A stretch of 64,000 bases of DNA from Nostoc sp. GTDB lineage: Bacteria; Cyanobacteriota; Cyanobacteriia; Cyanobacteriales; Nostocaceae. The notes under the pieces are model-generated. The model searched no databases. It had not been told where the DNA came from and saw only the letters and a program-made list of their open reading frames with translations. The stretch is taken from the NCBI GenBank assembly GCA_036918135.1, contig JBALDB010000051.1:1-64000 (forward strand), read 5' to 3'. The translations under genes and the position numbers were made by a program. Below, piece by piece: positions 32,090 through 42,447 of this stretch; within the stretch, counting starts at the first letter, position 1; every line of letters starts with the position of its first letter.

Positions 32090-32449
32090 ATGTCTTTTGA
32101 AAATGTCAGAGCTTTCTACGAAAAGCTAGTTAGTGATGAAGCTTTCCGTATCAAAATGCAACAAGTTGAAAGTAAAGATGAATGTAGCAGATTAGTAAAA
32201 GAAGCTGGCTACGATTTTACTCAAGAAGAGTTTGAAGAATATACAGCTCAATTATTAGAGTCAAATCCTGACAATGGTGAAATTAGAGATTTAAACGACC
32301 AAGAACTCGAAACTGTTTTTGGTGGAGCTTCTTCATTAATTGGTAGTCAGCCAATATTTCAACCAATGTATGGAGGTATTTTTCGGCCACCTATTAAATG
32401 GCCACCTATTCATCCTCAACCTATGTATGGAATTGTGGTTAGCGAATAA
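32090..32449 (+). CDS. Nif11-leader RiPP (spliceotide) precursor, PcpA/PlpA-like
   Basis: Nif11 leader (AFYEKLVSDEAFR...AGYDFTQEE...DLNDQELETVFGG); core has QPMYG twice; AAGGAG RBS. Confidence 0.9.
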   Translation: MSFENVRAFYEKLVSDEAFRIKMQQVESKDECSRLVKEAGYDFTQEEFEEYTAQLLESNPDNGEIRDLNDQELETVFGGASSLIGSQPIFQPMYGGIFRPPIKWPPIHPQPMYGIVVSE

Positions 32450-32484
32450 TTCCAAGTCATTTAGAGCTATCACTTAAGATTTTT

Positions 32485-32509
32485 GGGACGGATAATAAAA
32501 AACCGTCCC
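32485..32509 (+). promoter_or_regulatory. Intercistronic stem-loop between precursor and maturase
   Basis: GGGACGG-N11-CCGTCCC. Confidence 0.55.
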
Positions 32510-32541
32510 TCTTTAAATAAGTTGAATAGAGGATATTTTTT

Positions 32542-33798
32542 ATGAGCGATCGCCGAATTAGTTATGCAGTTTGGGAAATTACCTTAAAATGCAATCTTGC
32601 TTGTCAGCACTGTGGTTCTCGTGCAGGCCATACAAGGGCAAAAGAACTTTCCACAGCCGAAGCCCTCGATTTAGTCAAACAAATGGCAGACGTTGGTATT
32701 ACTGAAGTTACTTTAATTGGTGGTGAAGCTTTTCTACGTCCAGATTGGTTGGAAATTGCTCAAGCCATTAATCAAGCGGGAATGCTTTGTGGTATGACTA
32801 CTGGCGGTTATGGCATCACCTTAGACACAGCACGCCGGATGAAAGAAGCCGGGATTAAAGTAGTTTCTGTTTCCGTTGATGGACTAGAAGCTACTCACGA
32901 CCGCCTCCGGGGTAGACAAGGCTCATGGCAATGGGCATTTAAAACCATGAGTCACCTCAAACAAGCAGGTATCGCTTTTGGTTGCAATACTCAAATCAAT
33001 CGCCTCTCTGCACCAGAATTTCCCAGCATCTACGAACATATCCGCGATGCTGGAATCTTCGCTTGGCAGATTCAATTGACTGTACCAATGGGAAATGCGG
33101 CAGATAACAACCAAATTCTCCTGCAACCTTATGAATTACTAGATGTTTATCCGATGATTGCTCGTGTTGCCGAACGGGCACAACAAGAAGGAATTAAGCT
33201 TCAGCCAGGAAATAATATTGGCTACTTCGGCCCTTACGAGCGATTTTTGCGTGGCGGAAGTGCTTGGTCATTTTGGCAAGGATGCAATGCCGGAGTCTCG
33301 ACATTAGGAATTGAGGCTGATGGTGCGATTAAAGGTTGTCCTTCGCTGCCAACTTCCGCCTATACCGGTGGTAACATTCGGGATTACTCTTTGCGAACCA
33401 TCATTGAAGAGACAGAAGAACTGCGCTTTAATTTAGGGGCTGGGACACCCAAAGGCATAGAACATTTGTGGGGTTTTTGTAAAACTTGTGAATTTGCAGA
33501 ACTATGTCGAGGTGGTTGCAGTTGGACTGCACATGTATTTTTTAACAAACGAGGTAATAATCCTTACTGTCATTATCGCGCTCTCACACAAGCTAAACGC
33601 GGTATTCGAGAACGAGTATTTCTCAAGAATCAAGCCGAAGGCAAACCTTTTGATAATGGTGAATTTGCTTTGATTGAAGAACCGATTGATACTCCTTGGC
33701 CAGAAAATGATTCGCCACACTTTACTGCTAATAGTATTCAATGGTCACAAAGTTGGCAGCCAAAGCAGGAATCATACCAATTAGTAGTTAGTAATTAA
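32542..33798 (+). CDS. Radical SAM/SPASM peptide maturase, splicease (PlpX/PcpX-like; nif11-class maturase 3)
   Basis: WEITLKCNLACQHCGSRAG (CxxxCxxC); SPASM Cys set C..GCPS...CKTCEFAELCRGGC...YC; adjacent XYG precursor. Confidence 0.9.
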   Translation: MSDRRISYAVWEITLKCNLACQHCGSRAGHTRAKELSTAEALDLVKQMADVGITEVTLIGGEAFLRPDWLEIAQAINQAGMLCGMTTGGYGITLDTARRMKEAGIKVVSVSVDGLEATHDRLRGRQGSWQWAFKTMSHLKQAGIAFGCNTQINRLSAPEFPSIYEHIRDAGIFAWQIQLTVPMGNAADNNQILLQPYELLDVYPMIARVAERAQQEGIKLQPGNNIGYFGPYERFLRGGSAWSFWQGCNAGVSTLGIEADGAIKGCPSLPTSAYTGGNIRDYSLRTIIEETEELRFNLGAGTPKGIEHLWGFCKTCEFAELCRGGCSWTAHVFFNKRGNNPYCHYRALTQAKRGIRERVFLKNQAEGKPFDNGEFALIEEPIDTPWPENDSPHFTANSIQWSQSWQPKQESYQLVVSN

Positions 33799-33807
33799 AA
33801 AAGTCAG

Positions 33808-34047
33808 ATGGATAATAATTCTGTTTCCAATCCCCCAGATGGCAATTTAAAGTTATTGCCAAATGAATCTCAAAGCCAGGTAAATGCTGCAAACTTTCTC
33901 TTGCCCCGTTCAGCATGGAGTAGTCAAGTAGCCTATTTAAGAGTACTTTTTAGAGCAAAAAAAGCTTTAGATCGAATAGAAGAAGAAGCAAAAAATGAGT
34001 ATGGCAATGCTAAATATAGCAGGGAACAGGGAACAGACAATAGGTGA
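33808..34047 (+). CDS. Splicease accessory protein (PlpY/PcpY-like)
   Basis: LLPRSAWSSQVAYLRVLFRAKKALDRIE, which resembles my recollection of PcpY; 9 nt downstream of the rSAM gene. Confidence 0.75.
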   Translation: MDNNSVSNPPDGNLKLLPNESQSQVNAANFLLPRSAWSSQVAYLRVLFRAKKALDRIEEEAKNEYGNAKYSREQGTDNR

Positions 34048-34170
34048 GTCTACTTGCTGTCTTGGCGCTTTGCGTCGTTAGCGCAGCGTTAGCGAGTCTT
34101 CTCCCAAGGGGAGACGCTAAGAGCGAACGAGCGTCTGGCAAAGTGGCGAACCCGAAGGGTAACAGGGTTG
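34020..34170. repeat. STRR (AGGGAAC) plus nested short dispersed repeats
   Basis: agggaacagggaacag; GC-rich palindromic SDR-like units (gtcttctcccaaggggagacgc; ggcgaacccgaaggg). Confidence 0.6.
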
Positions 34171-34250
34171 AAAGTCTGTTCATATCAAGGTTTTACGAAA
34201 GCCATAACACATCCTACATCTCATATTTCTTTCCCCATTCTCTATATTTT

Positions 34251-34751
34251 TTAACAGCTACCCTTTGATGATTGAATTGTTACTGCTTTTGAGCGTTGCT
34301 GTTGGTAAAAGCGGACTACTTTTTGCACATAGTCAGCAGTGAAACCTTTATTACAGCCTGTATAGCTACCAGTCATCCACCAACAAGCAACGCCACGCAC
34401 AGATGCAATTTCATTATTTTTGGTGGCGGCGAACTGATTGGTTAACTCACGCCGGGTGATACACGATACAACGGAGCGGGCGATCGCCGGACTGTTTTCA
34501 AACTGCGTCGGTGTTAGTTCTCGTTTAAGACAAGTTCTTGACCAGCCTTTGAGGGTTTCTGGTTTCACTTGCCATTCGCTATAAAGTCCATCGTTGGGAT
34601 TTTTTGTTTGTGGTGCAGCTTGTCGCAACGCCTCTACCATTGCTGCAACTTGGGTATTAGAAATCGGCTGTTGTGCTTGAGCTAATGATGGTAATAGTCC
34701 GAAGCTGAGAGTAACTCCACTCAGTAGTAATCCTATAGGGTTTTTTGTCAT
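34251..34751 (-). CDS. Secreted protein, possibly a degenerate lysozyme/SLT-like fold
   Basis: Signal peptide AQA; WQVKPET...TPTQFENSP...WWMTG...YVQKV. Confidence 0.7.
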   Translation of the reverse strand: MTKNPIGLLLSGVTLSFGLLPSLAQAQQPISNTQVAAMVEALRQAAPQTKNPNDGLYSEWQVKPETLKGWSRTCLKRELTPTQFENSPAIARSVVSCITRRELTNQFAATKNNEIASVRGVACWWMTGSYTGCNKGFTADYVQKVVRFYQQQRSKAVTIQSSKGSC

Positions 34752-34829
34752 GAATTTAGAATTATTTTAGATATCAGGAGGTATCATATTATTTTTTTAC
34801 CAAGCTACCAGAGTAATTTTATTTTTAGT

Positions 34830-35192
34830 ATGCCAATAGCCAAACGAGATGATTGGAAAACAGAACCCATGCCTTCTGTGTCCACAAATATAACAGTAGA
34901 AAAGCTTTATTCACAGCAAGAATTTGACCGAATTGCTGCTGGAATAATTCCCCAGCAGATGGAAGATAAGTGGTTCATTTTCTATGAAGCTCCTTGGTTA
35001 TACTTGCATCGTAGTTGGACTGGTTTTTGTATTTTCAAGGTGCGTTTTGAGATAGTTGGAGAAAGCTTCAAAATTGCCCAAGCGGAGGTAAATCGAAATC
35101 CAGCAGAATACTCTAACACCGACGATGAACGTGATGTCTCTTTGTTAGAAACCTTGCTGGATTTATTAGCTAAGAATAGACTCAGCTATTAA
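34830..35192 (+). CDS. Conserved hypothetical protein
   Basis: IPQQMEDKWFIF...LHRSWTG motif. Confidence 0.75.
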   Translation: MPIAKRDDWKTEPMPSVSTNITVEKLYSQQEFDRIAAGIIPQQMEDKWFIFYEAPWLYLHRSWTGFCIFKVRFEIVGESFKIAQAEVNRNPAEYSNTDDERDVSLLETLLDLLAKNRLSY

Positions 35193-36564
35193 CTAGATTT
35201 TCTACAGTATTGGCATCATTGGGTAATGCAGCTGTTAAAACTTCGCTGCCTTCTGTGGTAACTAAAACATCATCTTCAATCCGAATTCCGCGCACATCAG
35301 CAAATTCTGATAACCGCTGCCAATTTACTACATTTTGATATTTTGATAGCACGTTGGCATCATTTAAAATTGCTGGTACTTGGTAAAAACCAGGCTCAAT
35401 TGTAACTAGCATTCCTGGACGCAAAGGACGATTTAAACGCAAATAGCCTAAGCCAAAGCGATCGCTTCTTGTTCTTCCCTCTTCATATCCTGCCAAATCG
35501 CCTAAATCTTCCATGTCATGGACATCTAAACCCAATAGATGACCAATTCCGTGAGGAAAAAACAGCGCGTGGACATTCATTTCTACCAAATCTTGCGGAT
35601 TTCCTCGGAGAATTCCTAAATCTACTAAACCTTCAGCTATCACTGTCGCAGCTAACAAATGAATATCCCCATACTCTACACCAGGATATATTTTGGCTAT
35701 GCAAGCATCATGAGCTGCTAAGACAACATTATAAATGTCTCTTTGGGTAGATGAAAACTTTCCAGAAACTGGCCAAGTGCGAGTCACATCCGCAGCCCAA
35801 CCAGTCTCGGTTTCAGCACCGACATCAGCAAGCAGTAAGTCACCTGGTCGCAAATGATGGTGATATTGTTCGTTGTGCAAAACTTCGCCGTGAACGGTGA
35901 CAATGCTGTTGTAAGAAGTGGTCATATTGTTGGCAATAATTACCCCTTCCATTGCTGCACGAACTTCTGCCTCCAATTTGGCTTGAGGTGTTGCAGCCAT
36001 ACCAGCTTTATGTACTTGGACAGTTACAGCCGCAGCTTTTCGCAACTCGGTTAATGCAGCATCATCGTGGGTGAGACGCAGAAAAACGATCGCCTTGGCT
36101 AACTCTAAATCAATTTCTTGGGGAAGACTTTGGGGCAAAACCCATCTATTTAAAAGCTGTGATTGCTGCGTCCAAGTAGCGGCATCTTGTACGGCAACTG
36201 TTGCGGCATCTTCTAACCAAGAGCCTAATTCTGCCATTGGTCGAGCCGCATCTGCCCCAATTTGCTCAGCGACTTGCTGCCGCGTTGGCATTTCTCCATG
36301 CCAAAGGGCACTGCTGGGTGAAGGGTCTTCCATGAATAATTCTAGCTTGCCCGCTTCTAGGCGAATTGCCGCGTTTGCTAGAGGTAGTCCCGCAAAATAG
36401 AGGAAATGACTATTAGCACGAAAAGCAAAGGAATTTGCCGGAAAGTTGCGCGGACTATTGCTACCTGACCAGAGAATTGCGGGAAAATCAATCAGGCTAG
36501 CTAGTTTTTGCCGTCGCTGGCGTAAAGTATCAACCAGGGAACTAGAAGTTTGGGGAATAAGCAT
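35182..36564 (-). CDS. pepP: Xaa-Pro aminopeptidase (M24B)
   Basis: LLADVG, ADVTRT, HGIGHLLGLDVHD, TIEPG, RIEDD. Confidence 0.92.
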   Translation of the reverse strand: MLIPQTSSSLVDTLRQRRQKLASLIDFPAILWSGSNSPRNFPANSFAFRANSHFLYFAGLPLANAAIRLEAGKLELFMEDPSPSSALWHGEMPTRQQVAEQIGADAARPMAELGSWLEDAATVAVQDAATWTQQSQLLNRWVLPQSLPQEIDLELAKAIVFLRLTHDDAALTELRKAAAVTVQVHKAGMAATPQAKLEAEVRAAMEGVIIANNMTTSYNSIVTVHGEVLHNEQYHHHLRPGDLLLADVGAETETGWAADVTRTWPVSGKFSSTQRDIYNVVLAAHDACIAKIYPGVEYGDIHLLAATVIAEGLVDLGILRGNPQDLVEMNVHALFFPHGIGHLLGLDVHDMEDLGDLAGYEEGRTRSDRFGLGYLRLNRPLRPGMLVTIEPGFYQVPAILNDANVLSKYQNVVNWQRLSEFADVRGIRIEDDVLVTTEGSEVLTAALPNDANTVENLVNS

Positions 36565-36596
36565 AAATAGAAACTCGAAAAAAGGATAAAGGTTAT

Positions 36597-36851
36597 TTAG
36601 TCTTTATCATCATTCTTTTTATCATCATTGTCTTCATCGTCGTTGTCATCATCGTGTTTATCGTCGTTATTTTTGTTATTCGGGTTCGCCTGGTTAGGTT
36701 CTAGCGTTGGTTTTTGTTGCTCAATTGGAAAAAGTGGCTTCGGTGGTTGAGGAATACAGCTAACTAATCCTGCACAAATTAATACTAAGTTGAAACTAGC
36801 AAAGATGCCCCTGAAGATTTTTAGCTTCATGCTTTGGTTTACTGCTTTCAT
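36597..36851 (-). CDS. Small lipoprotein with Asp/Asn/Lys-rich tail
   Basis: Lipobox LVSC, Pro-rich linker, DDKHDDDNDDEDNDD tail. Confidence 0.6.
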   Translation of the reverse strand: MKAVNQSMKLKIFRGIFASFNLVLICAGLVSCIPQPPKPLFPIEQQKPTLEPNQANPNNKNNDDKHDDDNDDEDNDDKKNDDKD

Positions 36852-36915
36852 AAATACATCCTTTGCAGATAATCCTGCTATGAGTAGCGATGGATGAAAG
36901 TGTATTATAAGGGAA

Positions 36916-36940
36916 GCGATATCTACGACGGGCTACACCT
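36916..36940 (+). repeat. SDR5-like short dispersed repeat (HIP1-associated)
   Basis: GCGATATCTACGACGGGCTACACCT; degenerate reverse copy near 26579. Confidence 0.55.
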
Positions 36941-37036
36941 TTTTCTCTGGCAACAAGCGATCGTAATAATTTATTAAGTTAGAGAAACGGTGATTAATTT
37001 GCAACTTTGATACATTAAAGCTGCAAAAATTTACCT

Positions 37037-40000
37037 TTAAGCAATAGTGAAATTAGCAGCACTCAACGTCGTGGTATTAATCCCAGTCAGTGTTGCCAAA
37101 AGTTGATCGCTAGCAGTAATAATGATTTTGTCACCAGAGAAACTGAGTTGACCAAAACTCAGACCACCAGACAATCCAATCAAGTCAGTGCCTTTGCAAA
37201 AATCAGTAATCGTATCACTACCTTGGGTTGCAGCTAAGACAAATTTATCTTTGCCATTGCCACCTGTAAGGGTATCGTTACCAAAACCACCAGCTAATCT
37301 GTCATTACCATTACCACCGCAAAGGATATCTTTGCCATTACCGCCACAAAGATTGTCATTACCATTACCACCAATCAGGGTATCATTACCCTTATTGCCA
37401 TTGAGGTAGTCTTTGCCATTGCCACCTTTGAGGTAGTCATTGCCAGAAGTGCCGTCGAGATGGTCGTTGCCGTTGCCACCGAAAAGGCGATCGCCAACTT
37501 GCACAGTCACCTTAGCAGTACTAGTAAGTTGACCATCGCTGATGGTGTATTTAAAGCCAGCCGCACCAGTAAACCCACTAGTTGGCGTAAATAAGATAAA
37601 GTCATCAGCCGAGTTATTGGGAGTGCCGTTATTTTTCAGTACCGCAGTACCGTTGGTTACAGCACTGACGCCAGTGATGCTGAGGTTGGTGCTATCAACA
37701 TCTATATCGTTAGCCAGCAAGGTATTTGCTTGGATACGCACAGGTGTATATTTGGCAGCTGTAACAATATCATTTACCGCAATAGGTGCGTCATTGATCG
37801 GCTTGACGTTCAAATTAAAAGTACCAGAAATGGTGCCACCATTGCCATCACTGATAGTGTAAGTAAAGCTATCAGTGCCGTTATAGTTAGCCTTGGGAGT
37901 GTAGATGAAGTAGTCATCGCTGGCGTTGCCAACAGTGCCATTGTTGTTGAGTGTGAGTGTGCCATTGGCAGGCTTAGTAAAATCACTAATGCTTAGAGTA
38001 TCGCCATCAACGTCTGAATATCTGCTCAAGATAGTGTTGGCAAGGATGTTAAGTGCAGTATCTTCGTTGGTAGTTCCAGTCCCAAAGCCAAAGATTACAT
38101 AACTCTCCCCAGCATAGGTTTGACCGTTGGCGCTGGCCCTACTTGCCCCGATAATCAGGTCAGCACTGCCGTCGCTGTTAATGTCTCCAGCACTGCTAAC
38201 GGAGATATCTAGATTACCTGGATTAATAATGCCATTGATTACAAAGCCGTTGCTGCCGTTCAGAGACGATAAATCAAAGTTCGCTGTGAAGCCACTGCTC
38301 TTGCCAAACACCACGTAGCTCTTTGCAGCTTCTCCCTGACCGTTGAAGGCGGAGTTTGGTGTGCCGATAATCAAATCATCGAAGCCGTCACCATTGATGT
38401 CTCCAGCACTGCTGACTGAGGTGCCCGATCTGTCACCTTCATTAATTCCTTTGATTGCAAAGCCGTTACTGCCATTGAGAGACGACAGGTCAAAACTTGC
38501 TCCAAAGCTACTGCTACTGCCAAACACCACGTAGCTCTCCCCAGCACTATACTTGCCATTGGGTTGGGCACGATTCGCTCCAATAATCAGGTCGTCGAAG
38601 CCGTCACCATTGATGTCTCCGGCACTGCTGACAGAGATACCTGAGTTGCTATCTGGATCATTGCCGTTGATTACAAAGCCGTTGCTACCGTCCAAGGACG
38701 AGAGGTTAAAGCTTGCTGTAAAGCCACTACTCTTGCCGAACACCAAGTAGCTCTCCCCAGCATCTTCCTGACCGTTGGGGTCGGCAGCAAATGCCCCGAT
38801 AATTAGGTCGTCGATACCGTCACCGTTAAAGTCTCCAGCACTGCTGACAGACCAGCCTGAGTAATCACGCTCATTAATGCCATTAATTACAAAGCCGTTA
38901 CTGCCGTTCAATGACGAGAGGTCAAAGCTAGCTCCAAAGCCATTGCTCTTACCAAACACCACGTAGCTCTCCCCAGCATATATCTCGCCTTCGGGTTTGC
39001 CACCACGTGCCCCAATAATTAGGTCGTCGATACCGTCACCGTTAAAGTCTCCAGCATTGCTTACAGACCAGCCTGACCTGTCACCCTCATCAATGCCATT
39101 AATTACAAAGCCGTTACTGCCGTCCAAGGACGAGAGGTCAAAGCTAGCTCCAAAGCCATTGCTGGTACCAAACACGACATAGCTCTCTCCAGCACTATAC
39201 TTGCCGTTGGGGTTGGCAGCAAATGCCCCGATAATTAAATCGTCGAAGCCGTCACCATTGATATCTCCAGCAGTGCTGACAGACCTGCCTGAGCGGTCAA
39301 ACTCATCAATACCTTTGATTACAAAGCCGTTATTGCCGTCCAGAGACGAGAGGTTGAGGCTGGCTTCAAAGCCGCTGCTGCTACCAAACACCAAATAGCT
39401 CTCCCCAGCATATGTCTTGCCATTGGGGTCGGCACGATAGGCTCCGATAATCACATCGTCGAAGCCGTCACCATTGAAGTCTCCAGCATTGCTGACGGAA
39501 TAGCCTGAGAAATTGTTAAAATCAATGCCTTTGAGTACAAAACCGTTACTGCCGTCTAGCGACGAGAGGTTGAAAGCAGAAATCAATGTCGGTGCGTCAT
39601 TTACGCCGTTAATAGTCAGGTTAACACTGGCTATAGTGTTCAACCTGCCATCACTGATTGTGTAAGTAAAGCTATCAGTGCCAATTTCATTTACATCCAA
39701 ACTTTCAAATTGAGCGTTAGGGTCGTAGGTGAAGGTGCCATCAGCGTTTAGTGTGACTAAAGCACCAGAACTCAAGGTAATAGGAGTACCTACAGTTACT
39801 GCGTTACCGTTAACATTTGTTACCGTTAAAGGGTCGTTATCTGGATCGCTGTCATTAGCTAAGACTGAAATATTAACCGTAGTGTCTTCGCTGGTGGTAG
39901 CTGTGTCTGCAACTGCGATTGGGAGTTGATTAGGAACTGTGGTAGCCGCAAACCCAAAAATGACGTATCTCTCCCCTGGTGGGATACCACCACGTCTGTA

Positions 40001-41356
40001 AAAAGTCGCTCTTATGCTCAGGTCATCAAATCCATCACCGTTGATGTCTCCAGCACTGCTAACGGAGGCACCTGATTGGTCAAATGGATCAATGCCGTTG
40101 ATTACAATGCTGTTGCTGCCATTTAGGGACGAGAGATTGAGACTCGCTCCAAAGCCACTACTACTGCCAAACACCACGTAGCTCTGCCCAGCATCTTCCT
40201 GACCGTTGGCGTCGGTATATGGTACTCCAATAATCAAGTCATCGAAGCCGTCGCCGTTGAAGTCTCCGGCATTGCTAACATTGCTTGCGTTGATAACAGA
40301 GCCGTTGTTGCCATCCAACGACGAGAGATTGAGACTCGCTCCAAAACCACTACTACTGCCAAACACTACGTAGTTCTTCCCATTTCCGTCGATAATCAGA
40401 TCGTCGAAGCCATCACCGTTGAAGTCTCCACCACTGCTGACAGAGCCGCCTGAGAAGTCACGCTCATTAATGCCGTTGATTACAAAGCCATTGCTGCCGT
40501 CGAGGGATGAGAGATTGAAGCTCGCTCCAAAGCCACTGCTGCTACCAAACACCACGTAGCTCGTTCCAGCATTATACTTGCCGTTTGGATCGGCAGCAGC
40601 AGCCCCGATAATCAGATCGTCAAAGCCGTCACCGTTGATATCTCCACCACTGCTGACAGAGCCGCCTGAGAAGTCACGCTCATTAATACCGTTGATTACA
40701 AAGCCGTTGCTACCGTTGAGAGACGATAATTCAAAACTTGCCCCAAAGCCACTGCTACTACCAAACACTACATAGGTCTCTCCAGCATCTTCCTGACTAT
40801 TGGGGTCGCCATCAGGTGCCCCAATAATCAGGTCGTTGATGCCGTCTCCGTTGATGTCTCCGGCACTGCTGACAGAGCTGCCTGAGAAGTCACGCTCATC
40901 AATGCCGTTGATTACAAAGCCGTTGCTACCGTTGAGGGACGATAATTCAAAACTTGCCCCAAAACTACTGGTGCCGCCAAACACCACGTAGGTCTGCCCA
41001 GCAGATGACTTGCCGTTGGAGTAGGCATAAGGTATCCCGATAATCAGGTCATCGATACCATCGCCGTTGATATCCCCGCCACTGCTAACAATGTTGCGTG
41101 AGGCATTAATTGCAAAACCGTTGCTGCCATCCAAGGAGGAGAGGTTGAGGCTACTCGTAAAGCCACTGCTTTTGCCAAACACGACGTAGGTTTCCCCAGA
41201 AATACTGGCATCGGATGCCCCGATAATGAGATCGTCGAAGCCGTCGCCGTTGATGTCTCCAGCACTACTGGTGGAGTAGCCTAAAGCGCCAGTAAGGGCA
41301 AAACCATTACTCCCGTTCAAGTCAGACAGGTTGAAAACTGCTGGATTGGGTGCCAT
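37037..41356 (-). CDS. Large secreted FG-GAP (integrin-alpha-like) / cadherin-like Ig / RTX protein
   Basis: 2 x 7 GD(I/F)NGDG repeats, three [15 protein letters not shown]g units, GGNGxD nonapeptides, no signal peptide. Confidence 0.9.
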   Translation of the reverse strand: MAPNPAVFNLSDLNGSNGFALTGALGYSTSSAGDINGDGFDDLIIGASDASISGETYVVFGKSSGFTSSLNLSSLDGSNGFAINASRNIVSSGGDINGDGIDDLIIGIPYAYSNGKSSAGQTYVVFGGTSSFGASFELSSLNGSNGFVINGIDERDFSGSSVSSAGDINGDGINDLIIGAPDGDPNSQEDAGETYVVFGSSSGFGASFELSSLNGSNGFVINGINERDFSGGSVSSGGDINGDGFDDLIIGAAAADPNGKYNAGTSYVVFGSSSGFGASFNLSSLDGSNGFVINGINERDFSGGSVSSGGDFNGDGFDDLIIDGNGKNYVVFGSSSGFGASLNLSSLDGNNGSVINASNVSNAGDFNGDGFDDLIIGVPYTDANGQEDAGQSYVVFGSSSGFGASLNLSSLNGSNSIVINGIDPFDQSGASVSSAGDINGDGFDDLSIRATFYRRGGIPPGERYVIFGFAATTVPNQLPIAVADTATTSEDTTVNISVLANDSDPDNDPLTVTNVNGNAVTVGTPITLSSGALVTLNADGTFTYDPNAQFESLDVNEIGTDSFTYTISDGRLNTIASVNLTINGVNDAPTLISAFNLSSLDGSNGFVLKGIDFNNFSGYSVSNAGDFNGDGFDDVIIGAYRADPNGKTYAGESYLVFGSSSGFEASLNLSSLDGNNGFVIKGIDEFDRSGRSVSTAGDINGDGFDDLIIGAFAANPNGKYSAGESYVVFGTSNGFGASFDLSSLDGSNGFVINGIDEGDRSGWSVSNAGDFNGDGIDDLIIGARGGKPEGEIYAGESYVVFGKSNGFGASFDLSSLNGSNGFVINGINERDYSGWSVSSAGDFNGDGIDDLIIGAFAADPNGQEDAGESYLVFGKSSGFTASFNLSSLDGSNGFVINGNDPDSNSGISVSSAGDINGDGFDDLIIGANRAQPNGKYSAGESYVVFGSSSSFGASFDLSSLNGSNGFAIKGINEGDRSGTSVSSAGDINGDGFDDLIIGTPNSAFNGQGEAAKSYVVFGKSSGFTANFDLSSLNGSNGFVINGIINPGNLDISVSSAGDINSDGSADLIIGASRASANGQTYAGESYVIFGFGTGTTNEDTALNILANTILSRYSDVDGDTLSISDFTKPANGTLTLNNNGTVGNASDDYFIYTPKANYNGTDSFTYTISDGNGGTISGTFNLNVKPINDAPIAVNDIVTAAKYTPVRIQANTLLANDIDVDSTNLSITGVSAVTNGTAVLKNNGTPNNSADDFILFTPTSGFTGAAGFKYTISDGQLTSTAKVTVQVGDRLFGGNGNDHLDGTSGNDYLKGGNGKDYLNGNKGNDTLIGGNGNDNLCGGNGKDILCGGNGNDRLAGGFGNDTLTGGNGKDKFVLAATQGSDTITDFCKGTDLIGLSGGLSFGQLSFSGDKIIITASDQLLATLTGINTTTLSAANFTIA

Positions 41357-41639
41357 TATTGTTGATTCCTGTTTTTGTTTGGTAATTAGCTGAGCTAAGT
41401 TGCATAAAAGCAGGGCTGGAACTGCTTAACTAATCGCAAATTTTTTTTTAATAAAAATAAATAACTATTAGTTTATACAACTAAGTAATATGTACAATTT
41501 ACCACTGTATATCGTATATCTGTCTAAAGATAGGTGACTTAATACATTAGTAAAATTCATGTAAAAGTTATCTTTGGCTACCTAGTTCTTGTTGTCAGGA
41601 TTTACGAATAGTAACTAACATTACTTTGAGAGTAATTTT

Positions 41640-42440
41640 ATGGGACAAATCATTACTCAAGTTGATGCTTTCACGAATACACCCTTTGCAGGTAATCCTG
41701 CTGCTGTCTGTGTTTTGCCTACTCCCCAAGATGATGTTTGGATGCAAAATGTGGCGCAGGAAATGAATTTATCTGAGACAGCTTTTTTAGTTAAACAAGA
41801 TGATGGCTTCAATCTGCGTTGGTTTACGCCAACAGTGGAAGTACCACTTTGTGGTCACGCAACTTTAGCTAGTGCCCATGTACTTTGGTCGGAGGGACAT
41901 TTATCATTAAATGAAGTTGCGCGTTTCTACACTAAAAGCGGAGTACTTGTTGCTAAATTACAAGGTGAGTGGATTGAGTTAGATTTTCCCGTGAATCACT
42001 CCAAAGCAACGATCGCTCCTCCACAACTAAACCAAGCTTTGGGTGTACCATACAAATCTGTATTCCAAAATTCACTCGGCTATTTAGTGGAATTAGAATC
42101 TGAAGAATTGGTGCGGCAAATACAGCCCAATTTCCAGCTACTAAAAACATTGCCGATTTCTGATGTGATTGTTACCAGTACTACTCATCCTGATTCGGAA
42201 TACGATTTCGTTTCACGCTTTTTTGCACCAGGATTAGGTATTAATGAAGACCCAGTGACAGGGGCGGCTCATTGTTGTCTTGCTGCCTTTTGGCGCGATC
42301 GCTTGCACAAACAGCAGTTTTTAGCTTATCAAGCTTCCAGTCGCGGTGGTGTGGTGAAGGTGTATTACGATGGGGGCGATAGCGTTTTGCTTGCCGGACA
42401 AGCGATAACTGTTTTGCGAGGCGAATTAACTACTGCTTAA
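41640..42440 (+). CDS. PhzF-family isomerase
   Basis: VDAF...GNPAAV, LSETAF, EVPLCGHATLA, EDPVTGAA. Confidence 0.93.
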   Translation: MGQIITQVDAFTNTPFAGNPAAVCVLPTPQDDVWMQNVAQEMNLSETAFLVKQDDGFNLRWFTPTVEVPLCGHATLASAHVLWSEGHLSLNEVARFYTKSGVLVAKLQGEWIELDFPVNHSKATIAPPQLNQALGVPYKSVFQNSLGYLVELESEELVRQIQPNFQLLKTLPISDVIVTSTTHPDSEYDFVSRFFAPGLGINEDPVTGAAHCCLAAFWRDRLHKQQFLAYQASSRGGVVKVYYDGGDSVLLAGQAITVLRGELTTA

Positions 42441-42447
42441 AGGGGCA

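Noticed and set aside
33997..34005. EYG in the PcpY-like protein as a splice site
   Set aside because: Lies in a non-conserved tail running into an STRR, with no leader context
34044..34268. 74-aa ORF as a sixth gene of the RiPP operon
   Set aside because: Made of nested SDR/STRR repeats, with no RBS or recognisable motif
37188..41265. Many short ORFs on the opposite strand or in alternative frames of the FG-GAP gene
   Set aside because: Shadows of the repetitive coding sequence
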